This document shows positions 1-7,628 of a stretch of 30,436 nucleotides of DNA, in pieces (within the stretch, counting starts at the first letter, position 1; each line of letters starts with the position of its first letter). The notes beneath the pieces were generated by a model. It had not been told where the DNA came from. It made no database searches and was given only the letters and a program-made list of their open reading frames with translations. The position numbers and the translations under genes are program-made. The stretch comes from Abditibacteriaceae bacterium (GTDB lineage Bacteria > Armatimonadota > Abditibacteriia > Abditibacteriales > Abditibacteriaceae): the NCBI GenBank assembly GCA_031372065.1, contig JANMKN010000352.1:1-30436 (forward strand), read 5' to 3'.

Positions 1-51
1 ATTTGCGCGATTCATCGCCAAACTTACGGCCCGGTGCGCGCCGTGTTGCAA

Positions 52-1272
52 TCAATTACGCCGCGCGGAAAAAGCTAAAACGGGCAGCAAAAAGAGAAAC
101 GACAGCGCCACAATGACCGCTGAAGCGGGCAAATCCATTAGAAACGAAAGATGTAAGCCGAAGACAACGGGCACAGCGCCGAAAAACAAAGTGGCAGGCC
201 ACACTTGCCGCATTCTTTGCGCCAGCAAAAGCGAAGTCACCGCAGGAATAATCAGCATGGTCGTCGCCATCAAAACGCCGGTGGCGCGAATCGAGAACGA
301 AATCACTACACCGATGGTGAGATACAACAAAAAATCCCAACGTGTGGCGTTGTAGCCCATTGTAGAAGCGGCATCGCGATCAAAGGAAACCAGCAAAAAT
401 TCTTTGCTAAACAAGGTGTGAATGACGGCGACAACCGCGAAAATACCGAGCATTTGCATGGTTTCCTCTGGCGCGATGGTTAAAATATCGCCTTGCAAAA
501 GTTTCAGCATATGCGTTTCGCCTTGAGCGCTTTTAGCGATACACAATATAGCCATAGCGCCCGCCACAGAATACACAATGCCGATAATGCTTTCCGACGG
601 CACACGCCGTGGCGACCAGCGCACGGCAAACATTGTCACGCCGACAACCACTAAAAGCATGGCACCCCAGATTGGCGAAAAGCCCAGCCACAAGCCAACC
701 GCTATGCCCGCCGATGACAGTTCGGCCAGCGCCACACCAACGAAAACGATGCGCTTCAAAACTACATACACACCCAAAAACGAACACATCAGCGCCACTA
801 AAATTCCCGCAAATAAAGCGTGACGCAGAAAATCAATTTGAAAGGTGTGGCCCAAATCGAACCAGCCGATAGTGTGTCCATCGGGCGCCGAAAACTCTGT
901 CTCAGTAAACGTTTGCATCGACGTTGGAGGCGTAGTTGTTTGTGTTGGCGCGACAGAGTTGGCCGAATTACTGCCAGCAGGCACGTCGGCGATAGGCAAA
1001 TCTTCGACGTTGGTCGCTTTGGTTGGCGCGCCTATTGGTGCCACTTTCGGCGTGCTAACGGTTGTTGTAACGGATTTTGGCGTTGCTACTGCTGTCGGCT
1101 TTGGCGCGGGTTTTAGCGTAGCTGTTGGCGCCGTTTTAGGCGGCGCGGTTTTCGATGTGACGGGCGTTGGTATCACATCTTCGATGGGTAAATCTTCGAC
1201 GTTTTTTTGCGCTAATGACGGCAACACCAACAAACAGAGCAAGGCCAGCGGCGCGAATTTTTTAGAGGACAA
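52..1272 (-). CDS. Metal (Zn/Mn) ABC transporter permease, ZnuB/ABC-3 family, with an atypical signal peptide and ~120-aa Pro/Thr/Ala/Lys-rich N-terminal extension
   Basis: C-terminal ~260 aa show ABC-3 hallmarks (CSFLGVYVVLKRIVFVGVALAELSSAGIA, LQGDILTI, FLLVSFDRDAA, IPAVTS). TTG start follows GAGGGAG and overlaps the ATPase stop by 11 bp. Confidence 0.92.
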   Translation of the reverse strand: MSSKKFAPLALLCLLVLPSLAQKNVEDLPIEDVIPTPVTSKTAPPKTAPTATLKPAPKPTAVATPKSVTTTVSTPKVAPIGAPTKATNVEDLPIADVPAGSNSANSVAPTQTTTPPTSMQTFTETEFSAPDGHTIGWFDLGHTFQIDFLRHALFAGILVALMCSFLGVYVVLKRIVFVGVALAELSSAGIAVGLWLGFSPIWGAMLLVVVGVTMFAVRWSPRRVPSESIIGIVYSVAGAMAILCIAKSAQGETHMLKLLQGDILTIAPEETMQMLGIFAVVAVIHTLFSKEFLLVSFDRDAASTMGYNATRWDFLLYLTIGVVISFSIRATGVLMATTMLIIPAVTSLLLAQRMRQVWPATLFFGAVPVVFGLHLSFLMDLPASAVIVALSFLFLLPVLAFSARRN

Positions 1273-2014
1273 CTTTCACTCCCTCAATCTCAACCACGCG
1301 TAGCGGCACGCCGTAAAGTTTTTCCAAAAACGACGATTGCAAAACCTCTTCGACAGGCGCCGTTTGAAAGGTGCCGTGGTTGATAATGCCGATTTCCAGC
1401 GCGTGATTGGCAACCGTATTCAGCGAATGGCTCACCATCACAACCGCCATGTGATGCCGCGCGTGCAGTTCATCAATCAAAGTCATAATGGCACGCTCGG
1501 CAACGATGTCAAGATCGTTGGTATGTTCGTCCAAAACCAAAACCTGCGGGTCGCAAACCAAAGCCCGCGCGATGAGAGTGCGCTGCTTCTGACCACCCGA
1601 TAAATCACGATACAAGCGCTCGGCGTGCGCCGCGATGCCAGTTTCTTCGAGCGATTCCAAAGCGTGTTGCACATCGGCAGGCGCGGGCCGTTTCAATGCA
1701 CCGATTTGCCCGTAGCGGCCCATTAAAACCACATCCAAAACCGTAAACGGAAACAATTCTTCGACAGTTTGCAATTGTGGCACATAACCAAAGCGAAGTT
1801 TCGGAGCGCGTGTCACCTGCCCGGTTTTAGGCGCAATTAAGCCCAATAAGCCGCGCAAGAGTGTGGTCTTCCCGGCGCCGTTGGCGCCGACGATTGCTAA
1901 GTAATCGCCGGCGCGCAGCACAAAAGAAACGTTTTGCAAAATAGGTTTCTTGCCGTAACCGAGCGCCACCGATTCAAAGCGCAGCAGTTCTTGTTTTTCA
2001 GCCATGATTTTCAT
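1262..2014 (-). CDS. Metal ABC transporter ATP-binding protein (ZnuC/MntA-like)
   Basis: Walker A GANGAGKTT, Q-loop YVPQ, signature LSGGQKQR, Walker B VLVLDE, H-loop VSH. Start is 2014 or 2005. Confidence 0.95.
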   Translation of the reverse strand: MKIMAEKQELLRFESVALGYGKKPILQNVSFVLRAGDYLAIVGANGAGKTTLLRGLLGLIAPKTGQVTRAPKLRFGYVPQLQTVEELFPFTVLDVVLMGRYGQIGALKRPAPADVQHALESLEETGIAAHAERLYRDLSGGQKQRTLIARALVCDPQVLVLDEHTNDLDIVAERAIMTLIDELHARHHMAVVMVSHSLNTVANHALEIGIINHGTFQTAPVEEVLQSSFLEKLYGVPLRVVEIEGVKVVL

Positions 2015-2035
2015 TCCAGCGGCATAAAATTGCTT

Positions 2036-2944
2036 CTATTGGCTGAGTGCCTGCTTAGTTTTGTCCACCATCATGTCAATGAGATCGAAATAGGTTTTGG
2101 TGCCCATCGCGCCCACTGAATATGGCGAAACCACATATTTCACGCCGATAGTGCGCGACACCAAGTCGGGATATTTAGTGGGAAAAATGGACTCGATCAC
2201 CAGAGCTTTCACGCCGTCTTTTTTCATGCCGCTCATCAGGTTATTGACGTGCGCCGCTGACGGCGGAAGACCCGGTTTTGGCTCCAACGTGCCGTAAAGA
2301 TTCAAACCAAAACGACGCAAAAAATATTCGTAATCTTCGTGGTAAGTCACCACCGGTTTACCGGCATAGGGCGCCATTTCTTTTTTCCAGCCTTCCATGT
2401 GCCCGTCAATGTCCTTGTAAAAATCGGCCAGTTGGCTGCGATAATAATCGGCGTTAGCAGCATCTACGCGAATGAGGCCCTTGACGATGTTGCGCGCCAC
2501 AAATTTCGCGTAAATCGGATCATAAAAATAATGCGGGTTGCCATCGGGATGCACATCGCCGCTGGCGCCGGTAATGCTCGAATTGGGTCTGTCCAAAACG
2601 GGAATACCTTCTGAAGCGTCTATATAAGCGTTGCCGCCTTTGTTCAGTTTGGTGTTGCCTGCGGCGTTCATCAGCGCGTCCATCCACACGTCCAAACCCA
2701 ACCCCGAACGCACTAATAAATCAGCTTTGGCAATGCGCTGCACCAGGCTGGGGCGAGGTTCAACGCGGTGATAATCGTTGTTCGGTAGCGCGATGACATC
2801 AACATGAACTTTGTTGCCGCCCACTTCGCGCGCAATGGCGCCGAGTTCGGGCACCGAGGCCACGATGTCGGTTGCCGCGTGTGCGGCTTTGAAAGAAGGC
2901 GCGAAAAACAGCGCCGCCAGCAAAAAAACTTTGATTCGTTTCAT
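2036..2944 (-). CDS. Metal ABC transporter substrate-binding protein (ZnuA/TroA cluster A-I)
   Basis: Signal peptide ending AAHA; metal-ligand motifs DYHRVEP, GDVHPDGNPHYF, YHEDYEY; EPKPGLPPSAAH. Confidence 0.95.
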   Translation of the reverse strand: MKRIKVFLLAALFFAPSFKAAHAATDIVASVPELGAIAREVGGNKVHVDVIALPNNDYHRVEPRPSLVQRIAKADLLVRSGLGLDVWMDALMNAAGNTKLNKGGNAYIDASEGIPVLDRPNSSITGASGDVHPDGNPHYFYDPIYAKFVARNIVKGLIRVDAANADYYRSQLADFYKDIDGHMEGWKKEMAPYAGKPVVTYHEDYEYFLRRFGLNLYGTLEPKPGLPPSAAHVNNLMSGMKKDGVKALVIESIFPTKYPDLVSRTIGVKYVVSPYSVGAMGTKTYFDLIDMMVDKTKQALSQ

Positions 2945-2949
2945 GATTT

Positions 2950-4365
2950 CTACTCCAAATTATGAGTGTGCGGGCCGATGCCCGCCGTGAATTGCAAGCG
3001 CAATTCGTTGTATGACTGCGCGCCACGCTGCCCGTGCGTGCCCATCAAGCGCAAATAAAATTGCTCGGTGAATTGTTTGGTGTAAATCAGCGACGAAGCG
3101 TTTTCACGCACGCCCGGCGCTTGCGGAAAACCGGAATTTTCGTAAAGCAAACCAACGTCGTTGAATTTATCCAAGCGATAATTCACCAAGCCATAATAGC
3201 CATCGGCGCTCTTGGTCAACAAACCGCCGAAGGGCTTGTATTTGAAATACTCGCTGCGCAAGAGCAAGCGCTTGTTGTCCTGTAAATAACGGCGATACGT
3301 CAAATCCGCGCCATACAATTTCACGCGTCCGACAGAATTCGCGCCGTTGTCCAACCCCAAAGTCGAAGGCCCCTGTGCATAAGAAAATCCGCCGTCTAAT
3401 TCCGCTTTTTCGCCCAAAGGACGCCCGATCCACACGCGCCCGTTATAAAAGCGATCATTAAATCCGGCACCCGTTCCGTGCGGCACTTCACCAAAGAACG
3501 GATCGCCCGGATTGCTCGCATTGATTTGTGTTGACGAACCTTGGCCGGTGAAAGAGCCAAAGCTGGCACGCACAAAATTTTTGCCCTTCAGCGGTAGCAG
3601 ATAATGCAAATTCACGCCATCGCCGACCAAGGCTTCGGGCGACACTAAATTTTGAATCGGCAACAACTGGCGAGGGTAAAGCCACGAGTGATTGTGCGTT
3701 TCGCCTGTGCGTCCAAATGGCGCGAACTTGCGGCCCACATTCAGACTCAGGCCCTTTTTCAAACCCAAAAAGGTCAAATAACCTTCTTCAATTTGAAACG
3801 GTTCGTCTTCCGCAGGCGCCGCCGTGATAAACGTGTCAACCTTGATGCCCGGATAAACATAGCCCTGAATGGCTAATTCACCTTCGTCCAAGTTCAAGCG
3901 TCGCCTTGCAGCATCACGCTTATCCGAACCAAACAAACCTTTCGCTTGCAAAATAAAACTGATGTCAGGCAACAGCAGATAATTGCGACTGCCCGTGCCC
4001 GAAGGCTGCGCTCCGCCGCTATTTGTGTTTGGGGCCTCCAATGGCGGCGGCGTTTCGGTAGTCGCTGGGGAAGGTATTACCGAAGGTGCGCCACCGTTCT
4101 TCTTTTTCAAGTCTTCGACATCTTTAAGCAGCTTTTCCCAAATGGCGCGCGGCACCATAATCATCTCGCCGCTGGCAACGGAATTACTTGGCGCTTTTGG
4201 CACAGAAGGTGTGGCAGCTTTTGAAGGCGTAGCCGCATCAATCGGCAAATCTTCGATGTTTTGCGCGAAAGTTTGTGCCGCAGACATCAGCAACGCGCCG
4301 CTTAAAACAGTCGTGGTCATTCCAAAGGCTCTTTTTTTCTTCACTTCGATTTTTCGTCCAGTCAC
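2950..4365 (-). CDS. Putative outer-membrane beta-barrel/porin-like metal uptake protein with His-containing C-terminal tail
   Basis: GTG start after AAAAGGAG; signal peptide; PDISFI..., IEEGY, VGRKFAPFGRTGETHNHSW; alternating beta-strand pattern; ends IGPHTHNLE. First gene of the ABC operon. Confidence 0.72.
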   Translation of the reverse strand: MTGRKIEVKKKRAFGMTTTVLSGALLMSAAQTFAQNIEDLPIDAATPSKAATPSVPKAPSNSVASGEMIMVPRAIWEKLLKDVEDLKKKNGGAPSVIPSPATTETPPPLEAPNTNSGGAQPSGTGSRNYLLLPDISFILQAKGLFGSDKRDAARRRLNLDEGELAIQGYVYPGIKVDTFITAAPAEDEPFQIEEGYLTFLGLKKGLSLNVGRKFAPFGRTGETHNHSWLYPRQLLPIQNLVSPEALVGDGVNLHYLLPLKGKNFVRASFGSFTGQGSSTQINASNPGDPFFGEVPHGTGAGFNDRFYNGRVWIGRPLGEKAELDGGFSYAQGPSTLGLDNGANSVGRVKLYGADLTYRRYLQDNKRLLLRSEYFKYKPFGGLLTKSADGYYGLVNYRLDKFNDVGLLYENSGFPQAPGVRENASSLIYTKQFTEQFYLRLMGTHGQRGAQSYNELRLQFTAGIGPHTHNLE

Positions 4366-4381
4366 GTCCCTCTCCTTTTTA

Positions 4382-4405
4382 TTGATAAAACGATTGCATT
4401 TTCAA
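4382..4405. promoter_or_regulatory. Candidate Fur/Zur operator upstream of the porin-ABC operon
   Basis: AT-rich imperfect palindrome TTGATAAAA-cgattgc-ATTTTCAA just upstream of the RBS. Confidence 0.4.
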
Positions 4406-4433
4406 GAGTTTGGCAAAAAATTAGCACGCTTCT

Positions 4434-5237
4434 TTAATGGCCGTGTGCAAATAAAAACGTCATGCCGTAAGCGAAAACAAAGCCTATTACCGTGGCAATG
4501 GTAATCAGCAAACCTTCGTCTTCGAAGTGCGCTTCGGGCAGTAAATCGCAAGCGCCGACATAGAGAAAACTGCCGCCCGCCACGCCCAATAAAAAGCCGC
4601 TCATGGCTTCATTAACCGGCAAAACCGCATACGAAAGTGCGCCCCATACGATAAAAGAAGCCGTTAGCGCCGTCGAAATCCAAATCTGTCGGCGCGGCGT
4701 GCCAAAGCGCAACAAAAGCGCGCCCAAACTGATGCCAACGGCCACTTGATGCAGCACCAGAGCGCCGATAACCAGGCCGCCCGCAATTTGTGACACGCTA
4801 AAAGCTGCTGCGGTGATCAGCCCGTCTATAAAATTGTGTAGCCCGATGCCAAGCAAAGTGGTCGTGGCGTGCGTGTGAACGTGCCCCACCACATGATCGA
4901 AATGATCTACCGGATTTTCGTGATGCACGTTGCAGCTTTGATGACTTTTTTGGCGCTGCACACGGCACGAATTAAAATGAGTGCAGCGCTCCACCACATA
5001 AAGCAGCATGAAACCAAGTCCGGCGCCAGTGAGGGCATGGGAACCAGCTTTTTTCAAGCCTTCGGGCAACAATTCAAACAGCGAAGTCGCCAGCATCATG
5101 CCAGCAGAAAAACCAATAACAATCGCAATGCGATTGACCGAGAGCCACGTCCGCGCCGCCGACGGCAAAGCCGAGCCGAAAACCAGCGACGCGGCAGCCA
5201 ACAACGCAAAAAATGTGGATGAGACAACTTCAGGCAT
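4434..5237 (-). CDS. ZIP (ZupT/GufA-type) divalent metal transporter
   Basis: GFSAGMMLATSLFELLPE, His-rich loop (HHENPVDHFDHVVGHVHTH), LHNFIDG, LHQVAVG, AGGSFLYVGACDLLPEAH. Confidence 0.93.
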   Translation of the reverse strand: MPEVVSSTFFALLAAASLVFGSALPSAARTWLSVNRIAIVIGFSAGMMLATSLFELLPEGLKKAGSHALTGAGLGFMLLYVVERCTHFNSCRVQRQKSHQSCNVHHENPVDHFDHVVGHVHTHATTTLLGIGLHNFIDGLITAAAFSVSQIAGGLVIGALVLHQVAVGISLGALLLRFGTPRRQIWISTALTASFIVWGALSYAVLPVNEAMSGFLLGVAGGSFLYVGACDLLPEAHFEDEGLLITIATVIGFVFAYGMTFLFAHGH

Positions 5238-5242
5238 GGCGA

Positions 5243-5264
5243 TATTGAAAACTTGTTACCAATA
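5243..5264. promoter_or_regulatory. Candidate Fur/Zur operator directly upstream of the ZIP gene
   Basis: Imperfect palindrome TATTGAAAAC-TT-GTTACCAATA, 5 bp from the start codon. Confidence 0.45.
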
Positions 5265-5352
5265 AGCAACTATAACGAGGGACGGCGTGAAGCGCAAGAG
5301 CGAAGGCCAATTGTTGTAAAAATAGCCGCTAAGCTGCGCTTCGCAAAACAGC

Positions 5353-5392
5353 AAGAAAACGACGCTATTTACTAAAATAGCGTCGTTTTCTT
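5353..5392. terminator. Intrinsic terminator downstream of the Fur-family gene
   Basis: Perfect 18-bp stem AAGAAAACGACGCTATTT / AAATAGCGTCGTTTTCTT with a 4-nt loop. Confidence 0.75.
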
Positions 5393-5423
5393 CAAATGCA
5401 ATTCGCGTAACGTAGTTTTGCGG

Positions 5424-5840
5424 TTATTTCTTGTGGGATTTGCTTTTTGTCGCACAATCGGGGCACAGGCCGTAAATGGTCAGTTCGTGATCGTCGACGA
5501 TAAAACCGCCCGCGATGGGTTGGCCTTTGGGAAAATGCACCGGGCACACGTTAATATCGAAAACTTGCTCGCATTTGCGGCACTGAAAATGTTCGTGATG
5601 GCCGAGGCCGGTTTCTTCGTAGCGCGTGTCGCCGGTGGGCAAAACCACGCTTTGAATGCGTTCGGCTTCCTGTAAAAGTTTGACAGTTCGGTAAACTGTA
5701 GCGATGCCAAGGCGCGGAAAAAGAATGCAGGCGCGCTCGTGGATTTCCGGCACCGAAAGCGGCCCGTTTGCCACTTCGATGACCTGAAAAATCGCCTCAC
5801 GCTGGCGCGTTTGACGCTGTCCGAGTTGGGTGGAATCCAT
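5424..5840 (-). CDS. Fur-family transcriptional regulator, probably Zur
   Basis: RQTRQREAI, GIATVYRTVKLL, HHEHFQCRKC, GLCPDC; lies next to ZIP and ZnuABC-like genes. Confidence 0.92.
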   Translation of the reverse strand: MDSTQLGQRQTRQREAIFQVIEVANGPLSVPEIHERACILFPRLGIATVYRTVKLLQEAERIQSVVLPTGDTRYEETGLGHHEHFQCRKCEQVFDINVCPVHFPKGQPIAGGFIVDDHELTIYGLCPDCATKSKSHKK

Positions 5841-5856
5841 AAGGCAATTATATTCT

Positions 5857-5896
5857 TATTGATAGGCTGTTTCAACAATGAAAACCATTTCAAATC
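5857..5896. promoter_or_regulatory. Candidate tandem Fur/Zur boxes in the fur / glutaminyl cyclase divergent region
   Basis: TATTGATAGGCTGTTTCAACA followed by ATGAAAACCATTTCAAA. Confidence 0.35.
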
Positions 5897-6783
5897 AATC
5901 GAGAACTCAATCGGGTGCGCTGCAAAAGCGCGATAAATTGGCCGCCAAAAGCGCCAAATGGCCGCTTTTGCTGGCGTTTTTGGCCTTAAGCGGAGCCGGT
6001 TGGAATGTTTTGCGCACCAGTTCGGCGCCGCTTGCGCCAACTGTCACGCAAACCACCACACAAACAATCGCGCCGGTTTACGCGCAAAAACTGGGCTGGA
6101 AAGTGGTCGGCATTTACCCGCACGATGCCAAGGCGTTTACGCAAGGTTTGCAATGGCACGACGGCGGTTTTTATGAAGGCACCGGACTCGAAGGCCAGTC
6201 GCAATTGCGCCGCGTGGAATTTCCATCGGGCCACGTTTCAAAACAGCGCGACTTGCCCAAAGAAGTTTTCGGCGAAGGCATTACTTTGGCGGGCGACAAG
6301 ATTTATCAACTGACGTGGCAAACGCATATCGGCTACGTTTATGACCGCGCCTCATTCAAGTTACTCAGCCAATTTACTTATGCCAACGAAGGCTGGGGCT
6401 TGACTTACGACGGCCAAAATCTCGTTCAAAGCGACGGCAGCGACAATCTCACTTATCTTGACCCGCAAAATTTAACGCCGGTGCGTCAACTGCCGGTAAC
6501 GATGAACGGCCAGCCGGTAAAAAACCTCAACGAACTGGAATGGATTAACGGCGAAATTTGGGCGAATCTCTGGCAAACCGACAAAGTTGTGCGCATTAAT
6601 CCAGAGACGGGACAAGTAAATAGTTATTTCGATTTCACCGATTTACTGCCCGATAAAATGCGCACCGGCAACGAAGATGTATTAAATGGCATCGCTTACG
6701 ACGCGGATAAAAAACGCTTGTTTTTAACTGGCAAGCAGTGGCCGAAATTGTTTGAAATCAAAATCATTGACGGCACCACTTAA
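5878..6783 (+). CDS. Glutaminyl-peptide cyclotransferase (type I, plant/bacterial beta-propeller QC) with N-terminal membrane anchor
   Basis: YPHDAKAFTQGL, YEGTGLEG, FGEGIT, QLTWQ, EGWGLT, SDGS, LNELE, ANLWQ, VLNGIAYD, TGKQWP. Exact start uncertain. Confidence 0.93.
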   Translation: MKTISNQSRTQSGALQKRDKLAAKSAKWPLLLAFLALSGAGWNVLRTSSAPLAPTVTQTTTQTIAPVYAQKLGWKVVGIYPHDAKAFTQGLQWHDGGFYEGTGLEGQSQLRRVEFPSGHVSKQRDLPKEVFGEGITLAGDKIYQLTWQTHIGYVYDRASFKLLSQFTYANEGWGLTYDGQNLVQSDGSDNLTYLDPQNLTPVRQLPVTMNGQPVKNLNELEWINGEIWANLWQTDKVVRINPETGQVNSYFDFTDLLPDKMRTGNEDVLNGIAYDADKKRLFLTGKQWPKLFEIKIIDGTT

Positions 6784-6815
6784 TTGATTTTTAATTTTGA
6801 TTTTCTGATTATCTT

Positions 6816-7292
6816 GTGAGCATTTTTCACTTCGACGACCATTCGCTGCGCCATCTTGCCAACAGCATCAATCCGCTGTTGGTAATGGTATTTTTCACCG
6901 CATTTTTTGTGCGCTTTCGCCACGACAAAACTTTTCGCGCCGCCGAGTTTTTTGGGCGCGCTTTGTTGTCGCTGCTGGTTGCTTTTGGCCTCGGACGCCT
7001 CAACGCCGAATTGAAAATCTGGCCCGGCTTGCCGCTCGATCCGGGCCACTACGAATTTCCCAGCGGCCATATGTGCTTCGCGGTCAGCATAGCCGTTTCA
7101 TTGGTATTTTTACAGCGACGTTTTTTATTTTTTGTCGTGCCGCTACTGCTTTTCTACGGCGCACTGATTATCTTTTTGAAATTTCACGGCTGGACAGATG
7201 TCATCGGCGCGTGGCTTCTCATGGCGCCCTTAGCATGGCTGATTCATAAAGGCGCAAAGCCCAAATTGAAGTCCGGAATTGAAGTGGAATGA
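6816..7292 (+). CDS. PAP2-family membrane phosphatase-like protein
   Basis: FPSGH motif, C-terminal FHGWTDVIGAW motif, several TM segments; the first KxxxxxxRP motif is degenerate. Confidence 0.75.
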   Translation: MSIFHFDDHSLRHLANSINPLLVMVFFTAFFVRFRHDKTFRAAEFFGRALLSLLVAFGLGRLNAELKIWPGLPLDPGHYEFPSGHMCFAVSIAVSLVFLQRRFLFFVVPLLLFYGALIIFLKFHGWTDVIGAWLLMAPLAWLIHKGAKPKLKSGIEVE

Positions 7293-7301
7293 ATTACAGG
7301 C

Positions 7302-7581
7302 TATTTCAAAAGTCCAAGAACTGAGAAAATCCTCTTCAAAGTGGGCGCAAGCCACATGGCATGGAGTTAAGGGAATTTTGAAGGTATTCGGAGCCAAAGA
7401 GTATTGTCATCCTGAGCCTGCGAAGGATCTCTGCAAAATAGGTTCAGTCACGCAGATATCCTTCGCAGGCTCAGGATGACAATACTCCCCTTTTCACTGG
7501 ATTCCTAACGTGTAAAAAGCTCTACTTACCCCTTAACTCCATGCCATTGGGCGCAAGCCCCGCTCTTGGACTTCTGAAATA
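7302..7581. mobile_element. Nested non-autonomous inverted-repeat elements (MITE/REP-like), three concentric IR pairs
   Basis: Outer IR 7302-7319/7564-7581 (17/18). Middle IR ATGGCATGGAGTTAAGGG 7356-7373/7530-7547 (18/18), flanked by direct repeat TGGGCGCAAGCC at 7342-7353 and 7548-7559. Inner IR 7399-7434/7452-7487 (35/36). Confidence 0.8.
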
Positions 7582-7628
7582 AGTTATCGGAAAACATACT
7601 ACACCAATCAAAATTTAGCGAATCTACG

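Noticed and set aside
5480..6040. 186-aa minus-strand ORF overlapping fur and the glutaminyl cyclase
   Set aside because: It is an alternative frame over two well-supported genes with no motif support.
7279..7479. 66-aa ORF over the nested repeat
   Set aside because: It is a translation of the inverted-repeat arms, has no transposase motifs and a TTG start.
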